A DNA stretch of 64,000 nt from Dehalococcoidia bacterium. GTDB lineage: Bacteria > Chloroflexota > Dehalococcoidia > Lucifugimonadales > JAGWBF01. This document shows, piece after piece, positions 36,958-44,751 of the stretch. A program made the position numbers and the translations under genes. The first letter of the stretch is position 1, and every line of letters begins with the position of its first letter. Where the stretch lies: assembly GCA_965207935.1 (NCBI GenBank), contig CBDBNM010000002.1:397692-461691 (forward strand), written 5' to 3'. Below the pieces are notes generated by a model. The model searched no databases, had not been told where the DNA came from, and was given only the letters and a program-made list of their open reading frames with translations.

Positions 36958-38433
36958 CTATTCCGGCTTCCCAAGCACCAGGTACTTACCCTTCATGAAG
37001 GGGCGGTACAGGATGTACATCAGCCCTTCCTTCATCTCCCAGACCGACATGAGCGGGATCAAGCGGGTGCCCAGCAGGAAGATAAATGCGGCGCCGCTCA
37101 TCATCCCAAGGACCATCAGGATATCCAGCAGATCGGGAAGCACGGGCAGGAGCTGGGTTGCGATGCCTCCGTGGGCAGCGTCGAAATGGGCTATGGACTC
37201 CGCGCCTACATCCTTGATGTTGAAGGCGGGAACATAGGTGCGCACCATCATGAAGAAGGCGCCGATGAGCACCGACGCTCCGGCGATGGTAGGCCCGATG
37301 ATGCTCTTGCGCACCCCGTTCCACAGCAGCAGGGCAAAGGGGATGATGAAGCCGAAGAAGAAGTTCAGCAAGAACGGAGTCCGGTAAGACTCGACCATCA
37401 GGAGCTTGATGACGCTCTGCTCGGTCTCGTCTCTGCCGTACCAGAAGGTCATGAACTCGGAGAACCAGAAGTAGCCCCAGAGCAGGGTCAAGCCCAGGAG
37501 CACCTTGGCGAAGGACCAGAAGGGGTCGAGGCCGATGTACCGGTCGTAACCCCCCACCTTCTTCATCAGGAACAGGACCACCAGCAGCAGCCCCGCCGAG
37601 GCCTGGATGCCTGTAAGCACATGGTGGGCCGCAAATATGGAGTCCCGCCAGCCGGGTATCAGGCTAAGGGCGAAGTCTAAGCTGATCAGGGTGTGCACCC
37701 AGACCAGCAGCATGAAGTAGAAAGCGCCGAGGATAGCCAGCTGCCCCTTCTGGACGTTCCAGTCGCGAACAGTCCCTTGCCAGCCCCAGGCGAGGCGTCC
37801 CATGAGCCGGGCGCGCAGCCCATTGGAGACCTGGGCTATCTGGGCCATGTCGGGCCGTGCAGACACCCAAAGTATTGCCAGCCCGCACACCGCTACTCCA
37901 ATGAGCCCGGCCATATCCCACCAGAGGGGCGCCCCGATTGGTGCGCTGAACCAGATGGTGCGCCGGTCCTTGCCCAACTCCAGATAGCCATCGCCATTCA
38001 GATCGATGCCCGGAAGGACGAGCATCATTGGTATGAAGGCCACGACTGCGAGGATTCCGACCAGGGAGAACATCTCCGAAGCCCGGGAGAAGGGCCTGCG
38101 CCAGTGGTTCTTTGTCCATCGGAAAGCGATGGCAGCCAGGGGCGCGGTGGTAGCTGTCACTATGATGAATGCGAAAGCGGCGGCGTAGTAGCCGTACTCA
38201 TTCCTGGCCGAATCGGAGAGGCCCACATCCAAGGCCCTGATCAGGAAGGCCAGGATGCCCAGGGCGAACAGCCCGCCCGCCACAGCCACAGCCAGCCAGA
38301 ACTTGGGGCATGCGGCATCGTACTTCTCAGCGAGGTCCTGCATAACAGACCTGTCGGTGAGATGTATCTCGGGAGGGCCGGTTTCCACGGCATGTCTAGC
38401 CATGTCCACCATCTCCTGTACGACGTGGGTCAA
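36958..38433 (-). CDS. Second NrfD-like polytopic membrane subunit (ActC/ActF-type)
   Basis: 491 aa polytopic protein, paralogous in architecture to 35553..36929. The likely start is ATG 38403, which overlaps the ActB2 stop. Confidence 0.7.
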   Translation of the reverse strand: MTHVVQEMVDMARHAVETGPPEIHLTDRSVMQDLAEKYDAACPKFWLAVAVAGGLFALGILAFLIRALDVGLSDSARNEYGYYAAAFAFIIVTATTAPLAAIAFRWTKNHWRRPFSRASEMFSLVGILAVVAFIPMMLVLPGIDLNGDGYLELGKDRRTIWFSAPIGAPLWWDMAGLIGVAVCGLAILWVSARPDMAQIAQVSNGLRARLMGRLAWGWQGTVRDWNVQKGQLAILGAFYFMLLVWVHTLISLDFALSLIPGWRDSIFAAHHVLTGIQASAGLLLVVLFLMKKVGGYDRYIGLDPFWSFAKVLLGLTLLWGYFWFSEFMTFWYGRDETEQSVIKLLMVESYRTPFLLNFFFGFIIPFALLLWNGVRKSIIGPTIAGASVLIGAFFMMVRTYVPAFNIKDVGAESIAHFDAAHGGIATQLLPVLPDLLDILMVLGMMSGAAFIFLLGTRLIPLMSVWEMKEGLMYILYRPFMKGKYLVLGKPE

Positions 38434-39211
38434 TCTTCTTTAGATAGATCACGTTGGGCTCGGTGCCGATGTTCTTGAGAAGCTGGTATGCCCGGTCGTC
38501 TTTGAGGACCTTCTCGTTTGTCTCTTCATCGACCTCGACGTACTGGCTCAGCTGGCTGTCGGGGTCGTTGTAGTCTCCGAATATCAGCGTACCTGTCGGG
38601 CAAGCCTGGACGCACGCGGGGGCGAAGTTCCCTTCGGCCAACGCGCGGTCGTTCAGCTCCCCGCCCTCGGCAGCTTCCACCTTGCGCTCGCCCCGCCGGA
38701 GCCTCTGGATGCAGAAGGAGCACTTCTCCATGATTCCGCGGCTTCTGACGGTCACGTCCGGGTTAAGCTGGTTGCGCATCCGCTCCGGCCACACGGGTTC
38801 CCAGTAGTTGAAGAAGCGCACCTGGTAGGGGCAGTTGTTGGCGCAGTAGCGGGTGCCCACGCAGCGGTTGTACACCTGGACGTTCAGGCCCTGGTCGTTG
38901 TGGTAGGTGGCATACACCGGGCATACCGGTTCGCAAGGCGCGTTCTCGCAGTGCTGGCACAGCACGGGCAGGAACCGCGCCTTGATGTCCTGGAAGGGCG
39001 CATCCTCGGGATGGCTGCGGTACTCTTCAGGAACTTCCCAGTAGCGCTGTATGTGTATCCACTCTATGGGCCTTCGCTCGTGGAAGCGCTCCTCGGTGTT
39101 GAGCTGCACGTTGTTTTCGACCTGGCAGGCAACCACGCAGGCTTGGCATCCCGTGCACTTATCTATATCTACGATCATTCCCCACTTGTGGGGCTTCCTC
39201 TGGGCCATCAC
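38396..39211 (-). CDS. 4Fe-4S ferredoxin-type iron-sulfur subunit (ActB2 / PsrB-like)
   Basis: The Cys clusters are CTGCQACVVAC, CQHCENAPCEPVCP, CVGTRYCANNCPY and CSFC. Confidence 0.85.
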   Translation of the reverse strand: MMAQRKPHKWGMIVDIDKCTGCQACVVACQVENNVQLNTEERFHERRPIEWIHIQRYWEVPEEYRSHPEDAPFQDIKARFLPVLCQHCENAPCEPVCPVYATYHNDQGLNVQVYNRCVGTRYCANNCPYQVRFFNYWEPVWPERMRNQLNPDVTVRSRGIMEKCSFCIQRLRRGERKVEAAEGGELNDRALAEGNFAPACVQACPTGTLIFGDYNDPDSQLSQYVEVDEETNEKVLKDDRAYQLLKNIGTEPNVIYLKKIDPRRTGDGGHG

Positions 39212-39263
39212 CTAGCCTGCCTTTCCTTAGGTCGGGCTACTTTCAGCATCGCTTCCACTCCCC

Positions 39264-41627
39264 CTAGCTCCCCGTCACCTGCACAGGGTCCTCGTGCTCT
39301 GTGCCTATTGGGAAGGCGGTAACGATTCCTTCGAACTTAGAGACTCTGATGTTGCGTCCCGTGGGGGTTACGCGCACCTGGGTGGATGCCCACGCCGAAG
39401 ACCCGGTGTCGGGGTCGGTCTGCTGGGGGCTGAGCAGGGACAGGATGTTTCCTCCCCGGACCTCACCATCCCTTGTGGCATACTCGATGCCGGGCAGATG
39501 GCCCTGCCCCACAGGTATCCCAACAACATCGGGTGGAATGGCCGGATGAGGGTATACCACAGCCTCGATATCGCCCTCGGTGGAGACTATGCTTACCACA
39601 TCCCCTTCCTGTAGGCCCATCTGCCTGGCACGGTGGGCATTGATCTCGACCCACGTCTGCCAGGTCACGGTCGTCAGGGGATCGGGCGCTGCTTGGAGCC
39701 AGGGAATGTGCGCTCCCCTGCCGTCCAGGATCGAGTTGTGCAGGAAGGGCACCAGGTGGAATATGTTTCCACCCGCAGGGCCATGGTAACGTGGCCGAGA
39801 GTGCTGCTCGGCGATCCGCCTCAGGTCCGGCGGTGCAGGAGCGTCGGCCCCCGCCGTGGCTTCCCTGTCTTCCCAGCCGCCCCGCTCCAAGAGCATATTC
39901 CAGAAGGCAGGGAATGTGAGGGCGCCGGGTTGGTCTTCTCCATCCTTCAGCAAGGGCGAGCCTCTGCCCGTATCGTACAGCCTCTGGGCAGCATCCCGGA
40001 GCACGCCGTAGAAAGTGTCGGGCAGGCCATCATCCAGGCCCAGGTCCCCCGATAGCGCCAGGAGCAGGTCCGGGAAGCTGCGAGGGTCGAGGTCGGGCAG
40101 GGGGTTCACTACCGGCTGCTGGAATCCGACCGTCTGGAAACCCGGGCCGGGCTCGGGAACATCATCCCCCCAGTCTTCCAAGGCTGACCGCACCGGGAGG
40201 ACCAGGTCCGCCCGCTGAGCTGTATCGTCCATAAAGCTGGAGAAGCTCACTACCAAGGTGTTGTCCGGCGCGCTGTCCAGCGCGTTGGCAAAACCGGTGC
40301 TGCTGGGCAGGTTGTACGCCGGGTTGGCCCCGCAGACCATCAGCGCCTGAAGCTGGCCTCCACGCAGGTTAGAGGCAACTTCGCCCCAATCATCCATGCT
40401 GCCTATCGGGTATGCCAACTCCAGCTCTTCCAGCGGAGGGGCCGGATTGAACACGACCCCGCCGTCTCCAATGCCTCCTCCTACGCTGCCGGCCAAGTAG
40501 TTGAGGAGGTACACGGCTGCCATGCTGGAGGGGCCGTTGGTGTGGGCAGACGCTTCACCACCGCCGATGGCCAGCGGCGCGCTGGAGTGGGCAAACTCCG
40601 CTGCGATTCTCTCGATCATGTGGGCCGCCGTTTCGCCTCGTATGGACTCGGGTACACCCACATACCAGGGGTTGGACGGATCGACGATATGCTCAGCGCT
40701 GAAGGGGTCAAGGGCTGCCAACAGGTCGTCCCGGGTGGCGCCTCCCGCCATGCCGGCGGCTGTATCGCCGTCAGGTCCGGCGATGATTGCGTGGGCCATG
40801 CCCAGGGCTACGACTCCCTCCATGCCGGTCCTGACAGGTATCCACTCGTCGGCGCTGGCGGCCGTAGCGGAGTAGCGAGCTCCTATGTGCACGAAGAAAC
40901 CTCGAACGCCCCCGTGTTCATGGGACCGAAAATTCCCGAATCCCCGGGAGAGCTGAACTGGCGAGAGCCAGGTGGAGAGGAAATCGGCGCCAAAGGAGAG
41001 CAGGTAGGTGGAGTTCTCCAGGTCGAAGCTGGGAAGGTCCTTCTGGCCGAACAGGTTGGCGGAGGTGGACCTCAGGACTGAATCGCCCATAATGTCCAGC
41101 CCCAGGTAGCGCCCGCCGTAGGCGGATGCGAACCGGTCCACCACCACTGCCTGGTGGCCTCGCATGGGGGCTGTGATCATCATCGTAGCGGAGCTGTTGC
41201 CGGAAGTCCTAATGCCTCCAAGCCTGCCGGCTATAGTGTTCATCGCCTCATCCCAGGAGATGGGGGCGTAGGCGCCCTCCCTCCTGTTGCCGCTCCTTCT
41301 CATTGGCCCGGAGAGGCGGTCAGGATGGTACAGGGACTGGAGGGCCCCATCGCAGCGCACGCTCTGCTTGCCTGCGTTTGTGCGGTACAGGGGATTCCCC
41401 CTGACCTTCTTGGCTCGGCCCTCCATCACACGGACGAGGATTCCCTCCCTCTCGGGGCACCCGCCGCACAGGGTGGCATACCAGGTGTCCCGTCCCCTGA
41501 CCAAGTCCTCGGGGATATCGACGGGGCTCTGTATCTGCATCTCGCTGTCGGGGAACACGTTGCACGCAACGGCGCCCAGCGCCGAGATGCCCGCCCATTT
41601 CAGGAAGTTTCTGCGTGTTACCTTCAT
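39264..41627 (-). CDS. Molybdopterin-oxidoreductase-like large subunit with Tat signal (ActB1-like)
   Basis: The Tat motif MKVTRRNFLKWAGISALGAVA starts at ATG 41627, 7 nt after the ActA stop. The body has DMSO-reductase-superfamily architecture. The track start at 41678 is probably too far upstream. Confidence 0.75.
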   Translation of the reverse strand: MKVTRRNFLKWAGISALGAVACNVFPDSEMQIQSPVDIPEDLVRGRDTWYATLCGGCPEREGILVRVMEGRAKKVRGNPLYRTNAGKQSVRCDGALQSLYHPDRLSGPMRRSGNRREGAYAPISWDEAMNTIAGRLGGIRTSGNSSATMMITAPMRGHQAVVVDRFASAYGGRYLGLDIMGDSVLRSTSANLFGQKDLPSFDLENSTYLLSFGADFLSTWLSPVQLSRGFGNFRSHEHGGVRGFFVHIGARYSATAASADEWIPVRTGMEGVVALGMAHAIIAGPDGDTAAGMAGGATRDDLLAALDPFSAEHIVDPSNPWYVGVPESIRGETAAHMIERIAAEFAHSSAPLAIGGGEASAHTNGPSSMAAVYLLNYLAGSVGGGIGDGGVVFNPAPPLEELELAYPIGSMDDWGEVASNLRGGQLQALMVCGANPAYNLPSSTGFANALDSAPDNTLVVSFSSFMDDTAQRADLVLPVRSALEDWGDDVPEPGPGFQTVGFQQPVVNPLPDLDPRSFPDLLLALSGDLGLDDGLPDTFYGVLRDAAQRLYDTGRGSPLLKDGEDQPGALTFPAFWNMLLERGGWEDREATAGADAPAPPDLRRIAEQHSRPRYHGPAGGNIFHLVPFLHNSILDGRGAHIPWLQAAPDPLTTVTWQTWVEINAHRARQMGLQEGDVVSIVSTEGDIEAVVYPHPAIPPDVVGIPVGQGHLPGIEYATRDGEVRGGNILSLLSPQQTDPDTGSSAWASTQVRVTPTGRNIRVSKFEGIVTAFPIGTEHEDPVQVTGS

Positions 41628-41634
41628 TGGTCCT

Positions 41635-42276
41635 CTAGTAGTGACAGGTGGTGCAATCGGTGGGGGCATCGTAATCACGATGGCAGTCCACGCAATCGCC
41701 CATCTTCAAGCTCCGTTCCTGTTTGATCTTGGTCATCTCCCGCACATCGCCGTGACACATGGTGCACACCTGTTCCACTGGCGATATCCCGTTCGCCTCA
41801 GCAGCGTCGATCACACTCTGCTTCTGACTGAAGAATCTTACGTGGGGTTCGTGGGCGAACTGCACATGGTCGGGGATGCGGTGCACCTTCTCCCAATCGA
41901 TAGGCTGGGGTGTGGCCCCAGGCACGATCACCCCCGAACTATCCCTCCCCGCGTACTCCAGCAGTTTAGCGATCTCAACGTTGGACTCGCCGGTGACGGT
42001 GGTATGGCAGATGAGGCACTGCTCCACCGCAGGAACGGTGGCTGATTCGCCGGTTACGACGTTCCGGTGGCAGAACTCGCAGGCGATGCCTTCGTCATCG
42101 ACGTGGATGTCGTGGGGAAAGGCGATGGGCTGGTCGGGGCCGCCTGCACCGAATCCGAATAGTGGTGTGGACCACCACGCCGTCAGAACGTAAATGAGCA
42201 CGAACAGCATGATGCCGGCTGACGCCAGTCCTCCCAGGGCCAGGGGCACTATTCCTATTCGAGGCAGCCTTGGCAT
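41635..42276 (-). CDS. Membrane-anchored pentaheme cytochrome c (ActA-like)
   Basis: Five CxxCH motifs (CEFCH, CLICH, CTMCH, CVDCH, CTTCH) and an N-terminal TM. Confidence 0.85.
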   Translation of the reverse strand: MPRLPRIGIVPLALGGLASAGIMLFVLIYVLTAWWSTPLFGFGAGGPDQPIAFPHDIHVDDEGIACEFCHRNVVTGESATVPAVEQCLICHTTVTGESNVEIAKLLEYAGRDSSGVIVPGATPQPIDWEKVHRIPDHVQFAHEPHVRFFSQKQSVIDAAEANGISPVEQVCTMCHGDVREMTKIKQERSLKMGDCVDCHRDYDAPTDCTTCHY

Positions 42277-42391
42277 CAGGAGATGTCCATCACCCTTCGA
42301 ACAACGATATTTTCTCTGCGGATCGGTTTCAAACTAGTCCGCCTTAGGAACGCAGAGCAGGCCGGCGCCCGGTGGAGCGCGCAAGGCCTGC

Positions 42392-42691
42392 TCATATCCA
42401 GAACCTGTTGTACACAGCCTCCAGCAGCTGGGTGTTTCGCACCGTCAGCACCATGAAAAACACCGCCAAGCCTATAAGCCCGATGACTCCCAGGTACATG
42501 GGGCGGCGCAGCATAAGGAACTTTGACGGCAGGTGTCCCGAGGCGACCAGGGATGGGATGACAGCGTGGGCGGTGACGAAGGTGAAAGCTATAAGTACGA
42601 TGCAGAAAAAATAGGCCCACAACCAGTGGAGCCAATTTCCGATATCCGACCAGTGGCCCGCATCGACTATGGCCGGGTCTACTTCGGGCAT
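42392..42691 (-). CDS. Small hydrophobic protein (2-3 TM) upstream of ActA
   Basis: 99 aa with clear TM segments (WLWAYFFCIVLIAFTFVTAHAVIPSL, LGVIGLIGLAVFFMVL). The overlapping 164-aa ORF 42276..42770 is Arg/Pro-rich and looks non-coding. Confidence 0.5.
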   Translation of the reverse strand: MPEVDPAIVDAGHWSDIGNWLHWLWAYFFCIVLIAFTFVTAHAVIPSLVASGHLPSKFLMLRRPMYLGVIGLIGLAVFFMVLTVRNTQLLEAVYNRFWI

Positions 42692-42805
42692 GGGTGCCTT
42701 CCACCTCCCTCACACCAGCTACAGGCAAGGTTCGACCCTGCCGGGGGCTGAAGCAAGTGAAAATTATCACACTGCCAAAGGGGTGTCAAGGGAAGTTGAA
42801 CGTCG

Positions 42806-42834
42806 TTGACCTGCATGTTCATGCCCATTAGAAT
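42806..42834 (+). promoter_or_regulatory. Near-consensus promoter TTGACC-N17-TAGAAT
   Basis: -35 at 42806..42811, a 17-nt spacer and -10 at 42829..42834, upstream of the small Tat-signal ORF. Confidence 0.55.
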
Positions 42835-42893
42835 AGCCAGGATTCAGGGTGGAGGCTAACTCCTACCCCAAGCTGGCAGCAAAGGGAGAACCA

Positions 42894-43112
42894 ATGGCCG
42901 ACGAACAAAAGGCAACCGGGGGCTATTCCAGGAGAAGTGTGCTGGGGACGATGCTGCTCGGCGGGTTGGCTGTCTTGAGCGCGGTGCCTCTGCTAAAGGG
43001 CTTCCTTCAGCAGGAAGAGTCCCCCGAGGAAAACGGCGGAGAGTTCCCGCCCGAGGGCTCCATCTTCCACCCCAGCCAGGACCCCACGACAGACCCTCGC
43101 AGAAGCGCCTAA
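42894..43112 (+). CDS. Small (72-aa) protein with twin-arginine-like signal and no mature domain
   Basis: ATG 42894 is preceded by AAGGGAGA. The sequence is MADEQKATGGYSRRSVLGTMLLGGLAVLSAVPLL followed by an acidic Pro-rich tail. The track start at 42849 (GTG) lies too close to the predicted promoter. Confidence 0.5.
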   Translation: MADEQKATGGYSRRSVLGTMLLGGLAVLSAVPLLKGFLQQEESPEENGGEFPPEGSIFHPSQDPTTDPRRSA

Positions 43113-43143
43113 AGGTCCCGACCTCTCCCCCCGTCTGCCCACC

Positions 43144-43273
43144 CTACTTCCTGCGCCCGAACTCCCGTTCCAGGTGGTAGGAGCTAAGGTGGATCATGGT
43201 GGGCCTGCCGTGGGGGCAGGTGTGGGGGCTGCCGCACTCCCTTAGCTGCCTTACCTGACCCTCCATTTGCTCC
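43144..43273 (-). pseudogene. Displaced 3' fragment of mutL (last 42 codons plus stop); direct repeat copy A
   Basis: It translates to EQMEGQVRQLRECGSPHTCPHGRPTMIHLSSYHLEREFGRRK*, against EQMEGLVRQLRECDSPHTCPHGRPTMIHLSSYHLEREFGRRK* in the intact mutL. There are 9 mismatches in 130 nt (7 synonymous) and no gaps. Confidence 0.85.
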
Positions 43274-43282
43274 ACGCAATTC

Positions 43283-43501
43283 TTACAAGACCCGTTGTAT
43301 TAGAATCAATGCCCGCGCTGCGTTCGGACCTGGCTTCCATATCCTTTCCGTGGGCCAGAGATTCTCTATTGTCTCGGCGACGTTGCCTCCTAGCGTGAAG
43401 TCGCCCTCTGAGAGGGAATCCTCGTTATCGAGCACGTCGTTGGCAAGGGCCTTCGCCTCGACCATGTAGTGCTGACCTAACAGGGCCGGCAGGACTGCCA
43501 T
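43283..43501 (-). CDS. Hypothetical small protein (72 aa from ATG 43501)
   Basis: MAVLPALLGQHYMVEAKALANDVLDNEDSLSEGDFTLGGNVAETIENLWPTERIWKPGPNAARALILIQRVL. The longer track ORF (to 43732) would run through the divergent promoter region. There is no recognised domain, and coding status is uncertain. Confidence 0.35.
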   Translation of the reverse strand: MAVLPALLGQHYMVEAKALANDVLDNEDSLSEGDFTLGGNVAETIENLWPTERIWKPGPNAARALILIQRVL

Positions 43502-43551
43502 CACCAGGACGCCGGCGAACTTGCCGGACCGTAGGGGGCCTGCACATTCCC

Positions 43552-43586
43552 TGTCAAAGGGTGTTCGGCGGCCGAACAAGTTGACA
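43552..43586. promoter_or_regulatory. Divergent promoter/operator: TGTCAA-N4-[TGTTCGGC-G-GCCGAACA]-N2-TTGACA
   Basis: Two inverted -35-like hexamers (43552..43557 and 43581..43586) flank a 17-bp perfect palindrome (43562..43578). An extended -10 TGATAGAAT (43607..43615) ends 7 nt before ATG 43623, which suggests a leaderless or very short-leader transcript. Confidence 0.45.
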
Positions 43587-43622
43587 GAAGATGCCTTGGC
43601 CGAAATTGATAGAATCGGGAAC

Positions 43623-44723
43623 ATGAGCGTATTGAAGTTCTTTGCCAGATACCGCTGGGAACTGCTGCTGTTCCTCGGGATTCCGGCCGCCTCCTGGTTT
43701 GCAGGGCTCTTGGTGCTGGCGCTTAGCGACATTTACGATCTCTATTGGTTCAGCAACGCCGATGCTGAGTTCGTACAGTGGTGCGTCAGAATTGCTGTTT
43801 CAACGGCGCTGCTGGGCGCTTCGTATCTCTATGTGCGTCGTCAGGAGCGCTGGTTTCTGCCACTCATATGGCGCTACCTACTGGCATTTAAGGTCTTCAC
43901 AGTGCCTCTCATAGTCATCTGGGCAGTGTGGCTCTCAGATTTCGCGGTTTCAGGGATATCGGGATTGGTCTGGGCAATCGGCATATGGCTGGTCGGGGTT
44001 GCCCTGCTCTTGCCCGTCGAGCTGTGGTTTGCGCGGCAGGCATCGCGATCCAGCATTGCGCACGCGTTCTTCCTGGTGCTGGTTAGCGGGCTGGTCGCTG
44101 GAGGAGGAAACCCAGCGGAAAGCTTCTTTAGAATATGGGTAGAGGAGCTAGGCAGTAGTAGGGCTGCTGGGGGAATGGTGTTGGCTTTGGCATCATTTAC
44201 CCTCTCCATTGCCGCAGGTTTGCTTGGCGTGTGGTTGCTTGGCAACTTCGAACGTCGCGGGCCGGTGTTCCGCAGACGCACCATCTACGGGATGCTGGCC
44301 TTCGAAGGCTACCAATGGTTGCATCCTGGGTTGGTAGTGATGGCCGTTTTCGGATGGTCTGCCCTCACTCACCTTGACGAGTGGGGTCTCTGGTTGTTCT
44401 CTTTCCTCGTTCCCTTTTGGGGCATCCGTGGCGGGAATCGCCCTTACACTGGCGTTGGTGTACCTTGTGCGGGTGCGGCACCCGTTGCCGCACGGCGAGA
44501 AGGTGTAACGCGTTACGTCTCTTCCCCTAGGGAAAAGCACACAGACCGTCGGCGTTGGCCACTGAGCTGCACCTGTAGCTTCGATGGCGAGGAAGTCTTT
44601 CCGAATGCCCGCACTCCCAGCCTACTTCCTGCGGCCGAACTCCCGTTCCAGGTGGTAAGAGCTGAGGTGGATCATCGTCGGCCTGCCATGGGGGCAGGTG
44701 TGGGGGCTGTCACACTCCCTTAG
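43623..44723 (+). CDS. Hypothetical multipass membrane protein, probably frameshifted near 44413..44422 (true end likely TAA 44506..44508)
   Basis: From ATG 43623 the product is strongly hydrophobic (about 8 TM) up to ...WGLWLFSFLVPFWG. After the CCCTTTTGGGG run the listed frame turns Arg/Pro-rich and reads antisense into mutL. The +1 frame instead gives a clean TM helix, ASVAGIALTLALVYLVRVRHPLPHGEKV*. Confidence 0.55.
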   Translation: MSVLKFFARYRWELLLFLGIPAASWFAGLLVLALSDIYDLYWFSNADAEFVQWCVRIAVSTALLGASYLYVRRQERWFLPLIWRYLLAFKVFTVPLIVIWAVWLSDFAVSGISGLVWAIGIWLVGVALLLPVELWFARQASRSSIAHAFFLVLVSGLVAGGGNPAESFFRIWVEELGSSRAAGGMVLALASFTLSIAAGLLGVWLLGNFERRGPVFRRRTIYGMLAFEGYQWLHPGLVVMAVFGWSALTHLDEWGLWLFSFLVPFWGIRGGNRPYTGVGVPCAGAAPVAARREGVTRYVSSPREKHTDRRRWPLSCTCSFDGEEVFPNARTPSLLPAAELPFQVVRAEVDHRRPAMGAGVGAVTLP

Positions 44724-44751
44724 CTGCCTTACCAGACCCTCCATTTGCTCC
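44622..44751 (-). repeat. Direct repeat copy B (130 bp), the functional 3' end of mutL
   Basis: See 43144..43273. Homology ends after the shared GACCCTCCATTTGCTCC. Confidence 0.9.

Larger units (their letters stand above)
43274..44751. mobile_element. Putative integrated islet (about 1.5 kb) in the 3' end of mutL; no integrase recognised
   Basis: The segment is bracketed by 130-bp diverged direct repeats (43144..43273 and 44622..44751). Spot GC is about 50%. The cargo is a divergent small ORF and a multipass membrane protein. Confidence 0.5.

Noticed and set aside
42276-42770. 164-aa minus ORF upstream of ActA
   Set aside because: Its composition is Arg/Pro/His-rich. The overlapping 99-aa frame (42392..42691) gives coherent transmembrane helices and is preferred.
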